In this document: positions 1-11,100 of the stretch, piece after piece | Position numbering within the stretch: the first letter of the stretch is position 1 | How the letters are laid out: every line of letters begins with the position of its first letter | DNA from: a bacterium | Lineage (GTDB): Bacteria; Hinthialibacterota; Hinthialibacteria; Hinthialibacterales; Hinthialibacteraceae | Assembly: GCA_963662285.2 (NCBI GenBank) | Contig: CAXXMV010000006.1 | Coordinates: forward strand, 1,728,001-1,792,000 | DNA: 64,000 bases | Direction of reading: 5' to 3' | Translations under genes and position numbers: made by a program | The notes under the pieces: model-generated | Told to the model about the DNA's origin: nothing | The model's database searches: none | Seen by the model: only the letters and a program-made list of their open reading frames with translations

Positions 1-440
1 GGCGTTGCGCCCATGCGGTTGGCAATGCTGAAGTGCTTGGTTATCTTGGTAAAGTTCGTTCTAACGTCGACATGGGAGTGTTCCCCCCGATCCAGCATGC
101 CGCCATCGCTGCATTGACGGGAACCATGGATTTCACCCGTGAAATGTGCCAGATTTATCAGAAGCGCCGTGATGTACTGTGCGATGGCTTGGATAGACTG
201 GGGTGGAACGTTACTCGACCAACAGGCACATTCTTTATCTGGACCAAGGTGCCCCAGCCGGGCGTCTCTTCCGGCGACTTCGCCAAAGAAGTTTTACTGA
301 AATCCGGAGTTTTGATCACTCCAGGAAGCGGTTTCGGTAAGCATGGCGAAGGATATATCCGCATCGCTTTGACCGTAGAAGAAGACGTTTATACCGAAGT
401 AGTCGACCGTATCGAAAAAGCCGGATTCGTTTATAAATAA
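1..440 (+). CDS. dapL: LL-diaminopimelate aminotransferase-like class I/II PLP aminotransferase, 5'-truncated by window edge
   Basis: Frame is open from the window start (RCAHAVGNAEVLGYLGKVRSNVDMGVFPPIQHAAIAAL...TPGSGFGKHGEGYIRIALT). These are typical C-terminal motifs of DapL-type aminotransferases. Confidence 0.75.
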   Translation, partial: RCAHAVGNAEVLGYLGKVRSNVDMGVFPPIQHAAIAALTGTMDFTREMCQIYQKRRDVLCDGLDRLGWNVTRPTGTFFIWTKVPQPGVSSGDFAKEVLLKSGVLITPGSGFGKHGEGYIRIALTVEEDVYTEVVDRIEKAGFVYK

Positions 441-468
441 TCCAATAATAGACATAGTTAATCTTTTG

Positions 469-510
469 AATAATAGAAATGCCCGGTAAGCGCCGGGTAT
501 TTCTATTATT
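469..510 (+). terminator. Intrinsic terminator after the aminotransferase
   Basis: Hairpin aataatagaaatgcccgg-taagcg-ccgggtatttctattatt. Confidence 0.7.
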
Positions 511-635
511 TCAATATGTGAAATGATTAATCTATACAATTAACTTTACCGGGATAGAAATTTGTTCGTTCTTTTTATAAACTCAATAAGCATAGACTTT
601 TATTAATCACTATAGTTATTTTAAGGAGATTAAAA

Positions 636-1610
636 ATGAGTGATCAAGCGCCTTGGATCACATTCCGTCCGGAAATTAAAATATTGGATTGCACTGTACG
701 AGATGGAGGATTAATCAACGACTCAAAATTTGATGATGATTTTGTCCGTTCAGTTTATAAAACCTGTCTGGCTTCGGGGATAGATTATATGGAGATTGGA
801 TATAAAAATTCCAAAAGCGTATTTCCCAAAGATAAATATGGTCCCTGGCGTCATTGCGACGAAGATGACGTTCGCCGTATAGTTGGCGACAACAAAACTA
901 ATCTGAAACTGTCTGCTATGGCGGATGCTGGAAAAAGTGATTGGCAAACAGATATTATTCCCAAAAAAGATAGTGCTCTAGATATGATTCGAGTGGCGTG
1001 TTATGTGCATCAGATTTCAGAAGCAGCGGATATGATTCAGGATGCATACGAAAAAGGTTATGAGGTTACCTGTAATATTATGGCAATCTCAGCCGCACGG
1101 GATGCCGAGATCGACCAATCGCTGGAAATTGCCGCCCGGACGAATGCATCAACTATAGTTATTGTAGATAGTTTTGGATCATTATATTCTGAACAAGTCG
1201 CCAACCTGATCAAACGTTATCAAAAGGCGGTTGAAGGATCCGGCAAAGAGATCGGCATCCATGCGCATAATAACCAGCAACTCGCTTTCGCCAACACCAT
1301 CGAATGCATCATCCGTGGAGTTAACCGCATTGATGCTACGATGGCTGGTTTGGGACGCGGGGCGGGGAACTGCCCTATGGAATTGCTGCTTGGTTTCTTA
1401 AGAAATCCCAAGTTTAAGATTCGACCGGTATGGCAACTGTTAGAATCTCACTTTGGCAAATTGAGTGAAGACCTTGATTGGGGACCTCATCCTCAATACA
1501 TAATTACCGGTCAGTTAAATCAACATCCCCGTTCCGCTATCGCCGCCCGTTCAAACGATAAAATCGGGAAGTTAGTTGATTTCTATGACAAATGCATTGG
1601 TGATGTTTAA
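636..1610 (+). CDS. DRE-TIM/HMGL-like aldolase (4-hydroxy-2-oxovalerate aldolase-like catalytic domain)
   Basis: LDCTVRDGG, VDSFGS, GIHAHNNQQLAFANT and GLGRGAGN motifs; SD aaggag upstream. Confidence 0.85.
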   Translation: MSDQAPWITFRPEIKILDCTVRDGGLINDSKFDDDFVRSVYKTCLASGIDYMEIGYKNSKSVFPKDKYGPWRHCDEDDVRRIVGDNKTNLKLSAMADAGKSDWQTDIIPKKDSALDMIRVACYVHQISEAADMIQDAYEKGYEVTCNIMAISAARDAEIDQSLEIAARTNASTIVIVDSFGSLYSEQVANLIKRYQKAVEGSGKEIGIHAHNNQQLAFANTIECIIRGVNRIDATMAGLGRGAGNCPMELLLGFLRNPKFKIRPVWQLLESHFGKLSEDLDWGPHPQYIITGQLNQHPRSAIAARSNDKIGKLVDFYDKCIGDV

Positions 1611-1626
1611 CAAGTCATGAATGCTA

Positions 1627-1688
1627 AAAAATGCTAACGCATCATGCAAAAATGCTAACGCATCATGCAAAAATGCTAACGCATCATG
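1627..1688. repeat. Tandem repeat, 3 x 21 bp (aaaaatgctaacgcatcatgc)
   Basis: Units at 1627, 1648 and 1669. An inverted partner arm gcgttggcattt follows at ~1705-1716. Confidence 0.9.
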
Positions 1689-1715
1689 ATATAAGTATTA
1701 TAGCGCGTTGGCATT

Positions 1716-1828
1716 TAGAGCGATTCTCAATATTACTTGCGTTAATGCGGTTCTTCAAAGTCCCAAAAAAGATGGTACTTTGAACAAATCCTGTGTTTCA
1801 ATACGCATTAGTTTTGTTAACCGCTATA
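1716..1828. mobile_element. ~110 bp MITE-like element (family A), TAGAGCG...TTAACCGCTATA, with internal hairpin
   Basis: Aligns over its full length with the reverse complement of 21139-21247; TA-bounded ends. Confidence 0.65.
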
Positions 1829-1893
1829 GTTGATAAAAAAGGTGTTTTTTATTACTTTTTAACGTAACCCGTTTTGATCGTGAGATACGATTT

Positions 1894-2817
1894 ATGAAGT
1901 ATTTTTCCATAATATGTATGTATTTTTGTTGTTGTTCATATGCACTGGCAGGCGGTTCGTTAACCACTGGCGCCAAGAATTTTCTGATTAACATAACTCA
2001 ACCAACCCTGCTGGCCGAAGAAGCGGCGCAAGCCTGTTGGTCGCCGGATGGCAATAAAATCGCTTATAGTTATATGCCGGGCGGCAAGAGTATATTCGGC
2101 GGGGGAATATTGATCCACACGCTGGGGGCTTCAGATAATCCCCAACGACTTACCGCAGATGGCAAAGACCCCGCATGGTCTCCTGATGGAAAATGGATCG
2201 CCTTTGTACGCGCCGGATATGCGGGAATGAACGAATCAGTATGGCTTAAGCAGGCAAATAATAAAGGAGACCTAAAATTCATAGCTGAAGGTGGATATCC
2301 CCAATGGACCCCTGACAGCCAAAACCTGATCTATTATTCCGACCAGGTTGAAGCTGTATGCCAGGCCACGCTAAAAGACGGTATCCCATCGAATAAAAAG
2401 AAATTATTCGACTTGATGTATTCCTATCCCAGGCTTTCCCCCAATGGCGAGGAAATCGCTTATGTATTACCTTCCATCACATCATTACTGAACAAGAAAA
2501 AAGATGACAAGATAAATCAAACCGTCTTGTTAATAACCGATTTACAGCAACGCATACTGCGTCAGTTAACAATCCCATTTCGGCATATATTATGCGGTTG
2601 GTCTCCCGATGGTGAACAGATAGTATTCGGTGGAATTCTTAATGAAAATAGCGGTTTGAACATTATTGATGCAGATTTGAAAACTCCTCCCCATAAGTTA
2701 TTAGATGGAATTTGGAGCCGACCATCATGGTCTCCCGATGGAAGATATATTGCCTACGATTCCATGGAAGATGGTAAACTTGAGTTGTGGATTATGGATT
2801 ATAAAAGGATGCAATGA
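1894..2817 (+). CDS. Secreted TolB-like/PD40 beta-propeller protein
   Basis: Signal peptide (SYALA) and repeated (P)xWSPDG motifs. Confidence 0.85.
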   Translation: MKYFSIICMYFCCCSYALAGGSLTTGAKNFLINITQPTLLAEEAAQACWSPDGNKIAYSYMPGGKSIFGGGILIHTLGASDNPQRLTADGKDPAWSPDGKWIAFVRAGYAGMNESVWLKQANNKGDLKFIAEGGYPQWTPDSQNLIYYSDQVEAVCQATLKDGIPSNKKKLFDLMYSYPRLSPNGEEIAYVLPSITSLLNKKKDDKINQTVLLITDLQQRILRQLTIPFRHILCGWSPDGEQIVFGGILNENSGLNIIDADLKTPPHKLLDGIWSRPSWSPDGRYIAYDSMEDGKLELWIMDYKRMQ

Positions 2818-2991
2818 CATCTGAATAATAAGAGATGTTTAAGTTCTTAACTTATTTGAATTATTGAGTTAATAATAGTTGACAATCATAGGTTATTTAT
2901 GAGACATTAACTAGGTCTACTTATACTAAGGAAAATGGTCTATTTCCAATCAATTTACGTTAAAATATATACCTGAGAGGAGATTATTATC

Positions 2992-3621
2992 ATGAAACGA
3001 TCAGGATTTACCCTTATAGAACTTCTAATCGTAGTGGCCATTATCGGCATATTAGCGGCGATAGCGGTACCCAACTTTTTGAATGCTCAAATACGGGCCA
3101 AAGCCGCCAGAACCTTTGCTGATATGAAAATGCTATACGATCAGATCGGCATCCGGCATTTAGATTCCGGCTTATGGTTGATTGATGGCAATGACACGAG
3201 TCATGGGCCGCCGGAAAAATGCGCTTTACCAGGCGGATTCAGTTTCTTTGGTAAAACATGCGCCCAGGCCGGCGCCAAATGCGGCGGGTTGGGAGATAAT
3301 CACTTCAATGGACGTATCTGGGGATTACTGACAACTCCAATCAGTTATATTAGTTCGTTACCGGTCGATCCTTTTATGAACGGATTATTCTATGGCTATG
3401 AAGACCGGGACTGCGCCAATTCACCACTAGGTCAGCATTGGCTGATTTTCGCCGCTGGTCCGGATGGAGATCATGGCGATTGGCTTGATGGACGTTCAGC
3501 CAAACCATACGCACCTTCAAACGGCGTAGCGTCCAACGGAGATATCTGGAAAGCTATGCCCCTTAAAGGCGGAGGCAGCCTATTCTTCCAGGAAATCGGT
3601 TTATACGATACTTATTTCTAA
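2992..3621 (+). CDS. Prepilin-type N-terminal cleavage/methylation domain protein (type IV pilin/pseudopilin-like)
   Basis: MKRSG|FTLIELLIVVAIIGILAAIAVPNF class III signal; LTTPISYISSLPVDPF; GPDG...SNGVASNGDI. Confidence 0.92.
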   Translation: MKRSGFTLIELLIVVAIIGILAAIAVPNFLNAQIRAKAARTFADMKMLYDQIGIRHLDSGLWLIDGNDTSHGPPEKCALPGGFSFFGKTCAQAGAKCGGLGDNHFNGRIWGLLTTPISYISSLPVDPFMNGLFYGYEDRDCANSPLGQHWLIFAAGPDGDHGDWLDGRSAKPYAPSNGVASNGDIWKAMPLKGGGSLFFQEIGLYDTYF

Positions 3622-3645
3622 ATCTGAGATATTCATAAAGCAATA

Positions 3646-3682
3646 AAAGAAGGCCGCTGGATCAATTCCAACGGCCTTCTTT
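3646..3682. terminator. Bidirectional intrinsic terminator
   Basis: aaagaaggccgctgga-tcaat-tccaacggccttcttt between convergent genes. Confidence 0.8.
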
Positions 3683-3707
3683 GTGTTAATAGATATTGTG
3701 ACACTCT

Positions 3708-4772
3708 TTAGAAAGAAACAATGTTACGTGCTCTAAGTATACGCACCATTGCGATTTTGGCGTCTCCACTGGCGAATTGTACGGCGTCGATGATGTTCTG
3801 AGTCATAGTTGAGCATGTCATTTCCATCAACAATTCTTCCGCCATGCCGCGCATCTGGGGACATGGGGAATTTAGAGCCATTACCAGATCGGGCCAGGCG
3901 TTTAGTTTTTTGAATTTAACCAGCAGACGCAGCGAGGCGCATTTGATATGCGCTTCATCGTCTTGGGCTAATAATTCGATGATCATGGGGATGCGGCGGA
4001 ATTCTCCACTCTCAATCAAACTTTCGGTAAGAACAATGAGAGATTCGGCGGCGGCGGTTTTGATCCTGGCGTAACCTTTCTGATATACTGCGATCAAGGG
4101 TTTTATTGCCTGAATGTCATTGAGCCTGCCAGCGGCAGCAATTGCTGCGATGCGGACTGTGTGATCTGGATGCTTAAAGGCTTTAAGGATTGGTTTAAGC
4201 GCAATTGGGTCGCCATGCGCTCCCAGGGTTTTTATAAGACCCGACTGGCATTTCGGACAAGCCGCCTCGCTCAAAGCGATCAGCAGGGCATTGGACGAAG
4301 CCGGGACGGGGATGCGCTCCAAAGCATAACGGGCTGTCTCGAAAGTATCTGGCCGCTGCAGGAAAATTGCGATAGCCGGGACGGCTTTTTCTGTTCCAGT
4401 TCGTGATAGCATCCATAATGCGAACTTCAATTGTTCTGAGGTTGCGTCATCCAGCAGAAATAGGATCAGCGCATTTTCAACCGCAGCTTGTTCAGCGTCA
4501 GCGCCGGGCGCCGTTGATTGGTTGACGATGAATTCAACCGCGCGTTTGGCGAATTTGTCGATCAATTTATTTTCAGAGCCAACCTGTTTGAGCAGATCGC
4601 CAAGCGCTGATGGACCTTGGTTTACTAGATTTTGGTAGGCGTCATTACGCGCCGCTGCATTTTGTAAGCCAAGTTGGTCTATTAGAATATCATTGTCGCC
4701 GCTCCAGGACGCGCTGGTCATGCAGAGTACTAAGGCGAAGCATAAGATGGCTGATAGGGTCTGTTTTTTCAT
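3708..4772 (-). CDS. Secreted HEAT-repeat protein
   Basis: Start chosen at ATG 4772 (SD aggaga). Signal peptide MKKQTLSAILCFALVLCMTSASWS; HEAT repeats (ETARYALERIP, VRIAAIAAAGRL); contains CPKC. Confidence 0.85.
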   Translation of the reverse strand: MKKQTLSAILCFALVLCMTSASWSGDNDILIDQLGLQNAAARNDAYQNLVNQGPSALGDLLKQVGSENKLIDKFAKRAVEFIVNQSTAPGADAEQAAVENALILFLLDDATSEQLKFALWMLSRTGTEKAVPAIAIFLQRPDTFETARYALERIPVPASSNALLIALSEAACPKCQSGLIKTLGAHGDPIALKPILKAFKHPDHTVRIAAIAAAGRLNDIQAIKPLIAVYQKGYARIKTAAAESLIVLTESLIESGEFRRIPMIIELLAQDDEAHIKCASLRLLVKFKKLNAWPDLVMALNSPCPQMRGMAEELLMEMTCSTMTQNIIDAVQFASGDAKIAMVRILRARNIVSF

Positions 4773-4798
4773 TAGATTAGTCTCCTTTTTCTTCACCT

Positions 4799-6079
4799 TT
4801 ACAGATACCAGGGCGCCCGGTATGGCCTGAATAACCAACGGTTGGCTTCTGAGTCGTTTATGAATTCTTCCTTAACCGGATCCCAGTGTAATTTGCGTCC
4901 CAGGCGCATGGCGATATTGCCCAGGTGAGCGCAAGAGACGGAGCGGTGTCCGATTTCGACGTCGCATATCGGTTTACGGCGGTCAATGACGCAATCGATC
5001 CAATCACGTTCATGACCAGGGCTATGATAAAGATGGATATCTTGATCGGTAAGTTTTTCTTTGAGTAAACCAATCGGCTCGGTCTGCAAACCGCCGCGCC
5101 ATACATGAACCCAACCATCGCTGCCTTCGAAACGGGCGCCGTGTTCTGGATTGGTGGCGATCATTTTAACGCCGTTGGCGTATTCGTAGGTGCAATTGTA
5201 ACTGGTATAGGTTTCATACATTCCATTTTGGGGCAGCGCGCCTGTACCTTCAACTGAGACCGGGCCGGATAGGTCGGTTCCTAATCCCCATTGGGCGATA
5301 TCAAAATGATGAGCGCCCCAGTCTGTCATCTGTCCGCCTGAATAATCGAAGAACCAGCGGAAATTCCACTGGAAGCGATTTACATTATATGGAACTTTGG
5401 GGGCTGGACCGAGGTATAGATCCCAATCAAGTCCTTCTGGTGGAGCAGCGTCGGGAACCCATGGACCATCAGATCCGTTAGGTAGAAAAACCTTGACCGT
5501 ATGCACTTTACCTATGCGGCCATTACGCACCAGCTCGCAGGCGAAGCGGAAATTATCGCTGGAGCGTTGCTGGCTGCCCACCTGGAAGATGCGGCCATAG
5601 CGGCGCACCGCTTTAACCAGCATCTTGCCTTCGTGAATGGTAAGGGTCAGAGGTTTCTGGCAGTAGATATCCTTGCCTGCCTCGCAAGCGGAGATGGCGA
5701 TGCGGGTGTGCCAATGGTCGGGCGTGGCGATAATAACGGCGTCGATATCATCACGGTCAAGCAATTCGCGGAAATCATTGTAGTCTGCGCAATCTTCGTT
5801 GCCATAGAAATCATCAACATGGTTTTTGGCGCGCATACGGTTTTGCTCGTATACGTCACAGGCGGCTACCACCTGGGTTCTTTCATCGTGCATAACAGTA
5901 TTCATATTGCCGGATCCCATGCCGCCGCATCCGATCAGACCAACCGTGATGCGATCATTAGCTGAAGCGCGTCCTTTGGCGTATAGGTCACTGGCGATGA
6001 AGGGCAAAGAAAACGCCGTTGCTCCAGCACTTTTAGCAATTCTTCCCATGAAATGTCTTCTGGTTAAATGTTTTATCAT
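4799..6079 (-). CDS. Tat-exported Gfo/Idh/MocA NAD-dependent oxidoreductase
   Basis: Start at ATG 6079 (SD ggagg). TRRHF twin-arginine; GLIGCGGMG; ATPDHWH; DIYCQKP; DWGAHHFD; ends YRAPWYL. Confidence 0.93.
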   Translation of the reverse strand: MIKHLTRRHFMGRIAKSAGATAFSLPFIASDLYAKGRASANDRITVGLIGCGGMGSGNMNTVMHDERTQVVAACDVYEQNRMRAKNHVDDFYGNEDCADYNDFRELLDRDDIDAVIIATPDHWHTRIAISACEAGKDIYCQKPLTLTIHEGKMLVKAVRRYGRIFQVGSQQRSSDNFRFACELVRNGRIGKVHTVKVFLPNGSDGPWVPDAAPPEGLDWDLYLGPAPKVPYNVNRFQWNFRWFFDYSGGQMTDWGAHHFDIAQWGLGTDLSGPVSVEGTGALPQNGMYETYTSYNCTYEYANGVKMIATNPEHGARFEGSDGWVHVWRGGLQTEPIGLLKEKLTDQDIHLYHSPGHERDWIDCVIDRRKPICDVEIGHRSVSCAHLGNIAMRLGRKLHWDPVKEEFINDSEANRWLFRPYRAPWYL

Positions 6080-6389
6080 ACCTTCCTCCCGTAACCGAAC
6101 CGGAATAAACAACCCGGTTCAGGGTATATTTCCAATTATCTAATAGTTTCTGATTTATAATTGTGCGTGTAAAGGTTGAGTGATGATTGATTAGAGATAT
6201 TTTTTGGATAATCCCGTAGGATAGGTCGCATTTTTATGACACATAGAATCAAGTGTTACCTATGGGGCGGTGAAACTGATACATTCTACATAGTTATCCA
6301 AATTTCGGGGTACATTATTGTAACAAATGATCCCATCAATCGTTATTTACAAATAGAAGAACAACTTGCTATAACAGAGGAGGAATTTC

Positions 6390-7064
6390 ATGAAACGCCT
6401 CATGATTTTCTTGAGTATCACCGCTTTTATGATGTTTGGAATAATGGTTACGGCTTCTGAAAGCAGCCATAAAGTGAAAGCAATGAAATGGTCTTTTGAA
6501 AAAACTGAGGTCGGTAAGGTTCCAAAAAACTGGATGCTTGCAGAAACCAATGGAAAGAATAATCTGGCTACATGGAAAGTAGTTGAAATGAAAGACGCGC
6601 CCAGTGGACGGAAAGCGTTTGTTCTGACCGAAACTAAAAACACGCGCCGAACCTATAACCTGGCTATCGCCAAGAAGAGCAGTTATAAAGACCTTCAAAT
6701 CAGTCTCAAAGTAAAATCATTAACTGGAGAGGAAGATCAGGGAGGCGGACCAATCTGGCGGGCCATAGATCAAGATAACTATTTCATTGCCCGCTGGAAT
6801 CCCCTTGAAAATAACTTCCGCGTGTATTATGTGAAAAACAATAATAGAAAACAGATTGCCACTGCGGATATAACAACAGACGCCTCTAAATGGCACGATA
6901 TTAATATCGTGATGGTAGGTAACAAAATCACTGCTTCGTTCGATGGAAAAAAGATCATTGAAGTGGAAGATTCCACTTTTACCGAAGCAGGAATGGTCGG
7001 GCTTTGGACAAAAGCGGATGCGGCTACTGCCTTCGATGATCTCCAGGTAATGCCCACCAAGTAG
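6390..7064 (+). CDS. Secreted DUF1080 / 3-keto-disaccharide hydrolase-like (ConA-fold) protein
   Basis: Signal peptide; GEEDQGGGPIWR..D.DNYFIARWNPLENNFRVY; AGMVGLWTKADAATAFDDL; SD gaggag. Confidence 0.8.
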   Translation: MKRLMIFLSITAFMMFGIMVTASESSHKVKAMKWSFEKTEVGKVPKNWMLAETNGKNNLATWKVVEMKDAPSGRKAFVLTETKNTRRTYNLAIAKKSSYKDLQISLKVKSLTGEEDQGGGPIWRAIDQDNYFIARWNPLENNFRVYYVKNNNRKQIATADITTDASKWHDINIVMVGNKITASFDGKKIIEVEDSTFTEAGMVGLWTKADAATAFDDLQVMPTK

Positions 7065-7102
7065 AAATGCAATGATGAAAAAAAATAAATGAAGATAAGT
7101 AT

Positions 7103-7139
7103 AAATGATGGGACACAGCGAAAGCGCGTCCCATCATTT
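7103..7139. terminator. Bidirectional terminator
   Basis: aaatgatgggac...gtcccatcattt between convergent genes. Confidence 0.75.
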
Positions 7140-7151
7140 CTTTATAACAAT

Positions 7152-7994
7152 TTAAGCGGAGACTTGTTTCGCATCATCGTATTTCAATTTCCATTGCGCT
7201 AGAGCAATCAATAATCCAGGGGAAAACGGAATTATAGTCAATATTGCTCCAACGATTAAACTCTTGCGAACCATGCTGTAGGTAATTTCAAATTCACGCA
7301 TAATGTGATCAATTTGGTTGTGCCAAAAGATGTCTGGTCCAAGTATAGAGAGCACCGCTATGATATTGATACTGAGGAATAAAATCAAAACCCGCTGCCA
7401 TTTCTTCGAGCACAGCAGATAACAAATGGCGCCGATGATCCCGAATACATACAAACCTGTCATAAACGGAATTTTAAATAGACGATTCACTTCATCAAAC
7501 ATTATCCATACTACCAGTGGAAATGCGCCGAATAGCGCATACACCAACAATGTCCAGTCATCGCCTATTCGTTTGCCGAATGCCTGCATTGGAGCGATTC
7601 CAGAAATGGAGGCGCCGATAATCAAAGCGATTATAACGGGAATCCAAGGCAGTAATCCAAATACAGGTGAGGGAGGGATACGCACATTCATTAGATACAG
7701 TGCGAAAATAGGTACAAATCCAAAATACGGAAATGACCAGCGTGGAAAAGATTTCGCATACCCGACCACTAATCCAATATTCATTGCTAGAAAAATATAA
7801 ATCAGAAACCACGCATTCACAAAACGCGGCAGTCCCGGATATTCTTCCGGCCATGATGTACTAATGATTGTTATGCACACCACGATAAACGGAATGATCC
7901 CGGCAATGATTTGTAGAATATTTCTTTGATCGTGAAGTGATTTCGCCGTTGGCGCTTGAAAATCCGCAGTGTTGATTTCAGCTGTTGTTATCAT
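7152..7994 (-). CDS. Hypothetical polytopic membrane protein (~8 TM)
   Basis: Multiple hydrophobic segments; SD ggagg upstream; FPRWSFPY motif; no family recognised. Confidence 0.7.
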   Translation of the reverse strand: MITTAEINTADFQAPTAKSLHDQRNILQIIAGIIPFIVVCITIISTSWPEEYPGLPRFVNAWFLIYIFLAMNIGLVVGYAKSFPRWSFPYFGFVPIFALYLMNVRIPPSPVFGLLPWIPVIIALIIGASISGIAPMQAFGKRIGDDWTLLVYALFGAFPLVVWIMFDEVNRLFKIPFMTGLYVFGIIGAICYLLCSKKWQRVLILFLSINIIAVLSILGPDIFWHNQIDHIMREFEITYSMVRKSLIVGAILTIIPFSPGLLIALAQWKLKYDDAKQVSA

Positions 7995-8183
7995 GTTTCA
8001 GCCTCCATTCCGCAGATAACCAGAGATTTAAAATATAAGCCAATAAGCATACCGACTTTTAATCAATGAATTATTTTCCATGATAGAATGTATCGTGTCA
8101 AGGATTTTTTTCCAGTGATTTTTTCCGGTGAATCATGCTTCCAGTGCGTAGACCCAAAGAAAGCGTAATTCATCGGTGTAAAT

Positions 8184-11100
8184 TCAATGCTTCATAATCA
8201 TCAGATCATCAACCACCACTGAAGCGTCAGCGTCAGGGCCTCCGAGTTGTACGAATGCGCTGATAGGGATGTCTGGATTATTGGTAGTGAAATCACCTCC
8301 GATGATCAGTAATTCATCTTGCGCATCATATATTGTCTTTATTTCGTCAGCTTTTCGGTAGAGCGCCAGGTTTTGGAAACCGTTAGTCAAAACCAGGGCC
8401 ATCATTCCCCCGCCCGGCATTGATGCTCTTTTAACGCTCACTTGTCCCAACAGGCAAAACGGAAATTGATAATATAGCCCTTGGCATGTGGTTCCGATAT
8501 TGGCAGCTTTATTGGAAGGATCAATAGACATGCGTAAAGCAACATCCGTCATTGATTCAAAAAATGGAATGATGCTTCCATCATTGTAATTAATGTTCAC
8601 CATTAGATGTTCCAAGCCGCTGTTAAAACTACCGTTTACTTCAAGTTCTACTGGTTGTAAACCAAAGGTTGGTTCATAAGATTTAACCTCAATGTTATCC
8701 ACCCAAACCGTAGTCGAGGTATGTGAGAATGTTGAATTCACTGCCTGAATGGCATATTGAACTTTGCCTGAAGGAGGGGCGAAAATAAGGTTGAATTTCC
8801 GATAATCACCAACCGGAACTGATTCTCCTCTAATATTGGCATATCCGATCTGCCCATCAACCGGGCTATTCAAACCAACCAAAGCGATAGCGACTTCTTT
8901 ATTGTTCGCACGGAAACTGCCGGTTAGTTGTACTAGTGATGTCGTCTCAAAAACATTGGATGACGAGATGAAAACGCCCTGACCCGGCGCCAGTCTAATT
9001 TCCATACCATTGCCATCAGAACCTTGGCCTTCAGGTATTTCTCCGAACTGGATTTTTCCAGGCGTATATCCCGCGGGCGCCCCGGCAGAAAGATAGTTGT
9101 CTTCAAGGCTCTCACCATTAAGGGAGGACCAGTTTTCGGGAGTGGGGGTAGGAGTGGGAACTGGATAGATATTATTGTATTCAACTATAAAACTAATGAT
9201 ATCTTGTTTGGGACGTTTCCACCATTTTTGATTTTGGGCTCTCAAATAGAATAAGCATGTTCCTGAACCACCCCAAAGAGGATCAATGTAATTGAGATAT
9301 TGGACCGGTTCGCCGCTTACCCACCCGTTTTCATCAAGCCCTATCCAGGTTTCATATTGGGCTATTTCAGAAAATGTCTGGTATAACCAATCATCCTCTT
9401 GTTTAGAATTGATTGTAACTAAATATCCACCTATGGATTCAGCTTGACTTTTTACTGATTCCCAATTATTTCCCTTTTGTACATAAGAGTAATAATGCCC
9501 GTTATCCGGGTTGTATTTCCAGTCATAACCTTCAGGTAATCCTTGATTCGTTATTGAACTTGGGTAGACGGCGGAATTATAAATACGCACCTCGTCTATC
9601 ATGCCTTTCAAATAATATTTAGGAAAATATGGCTCATGCCCAATGCCCCAAGTACCCTCGAAATTATATACACCTTGCGCAGGATGATTTAATTGGCTTG
9701 CTTTTAATTCATTATCAATATACAGATATACATTTTTAATATCATGGATTACTGTTATTTGATGCCAGGTATTATCTCTATAGTTATGTCCATAGTAATG
9801 AATTGCGACATTTTCATTATTGGCATCGCCTTCCATGTGCACTCTTACTCTATCCGAGTTAATATCAATAAAAATATAATCTGTACTATAATCAGAATCT
9901 CGGCCTGAAGCGATTAAGGGATCATAAAGCCATTCGCTATCGCCTGATAAGTTAAACCACAAAGATATCGTGAATTGATCATCAGAAGAGAAGGTTAATT
10001 TTGGCGAAGTATCTATAAGTACATTATCGTTAATGCCATCACATTTTAAGGCGCTGTTCATGTATCCTTCAGGAGAAATCGTTGCTCCGTTTTCTAAAGT
10101 TCCGTTATGGTTGTAACCTGATGAGTCCATCGCATTGCCATCAAATTTCCAATATCCAACCAGATTTTCATGAAATATCGGTGTAGGAGTTGGATCAGGT
10201 ATTTGGTCAATTTCAACAATAAAATATTTTTCATTATCATCAGGTCTATCATTCCACCCTAAACCAGTTATTTCAACAATTGATCCATCACCGGAAGGTT
10301 CGCCTGGAGACCAATTGGAGTAGTTAAAACTTTCGCCGCTAACCCATTTCCATCCATCGTCATTATGTAATCCTAAAAATACTCCATAATGAGAAAATGT
10401 TGAAATTATCCATTGATGTTCTTGTTCCTCAGTGATAGTTAGAAGATACCCGCCTAGTTCTTGCGCAAAAATATTCGCATCTTCCCAAAGCATTGGTTGG
10501 TGACTATGCGAATAATAATGCCCATTATTCGGATTATATTTCCATTCATAGCCTTCAGATAATCCTGTTGTAGGAGTAGGCGTTGGAGTTGGTGGAATGT
10601 TTGAAGAATTATCAAATTCAATAATAAAATATCTTTTTTCAGTAAAAGAATAATCATTCCATTCTTCTTTTACGCCCCAAGAAGTAACAACATAATCTCC
10701 ATCACCGGAAGGTTCGCCATCGGCGAAATTTTCATACTCAAAAGGTTCGCCCGTTACCCATTTCCAACTCAAACCATCTCGAGACAATCCAATCCACTTT
10801 GGAGTTCTATATTTTTCTAAATTAAAATGCTGAAATATAAAGTCCTCTTCATTTCTGCTTGTTATTGTCGCAAGGTAACAAGAGATTGATTCTGCAAATA
10901 TCCTGGCTTCAGGCCATGATATTGGATTTAGAACAATGGCATAATAATGTCCGTTATCAGGGTTGTAATGCCACTCATAGTCTTCAGGTAACCCTGGAGT
11001 AGGAGTAGGCGTTGGAGTGGGTGGAATGTTAGGTGAAGAATTATCAAATTCTATAATAAAATCTCTTTTTTCAGTATATGAATAATCATTCCATTCTTCT

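Noticed and set aside
1627-1688. CRISPR array
   Set aside because: The repeats are contiguous with no spacers, and there are no cas genes.
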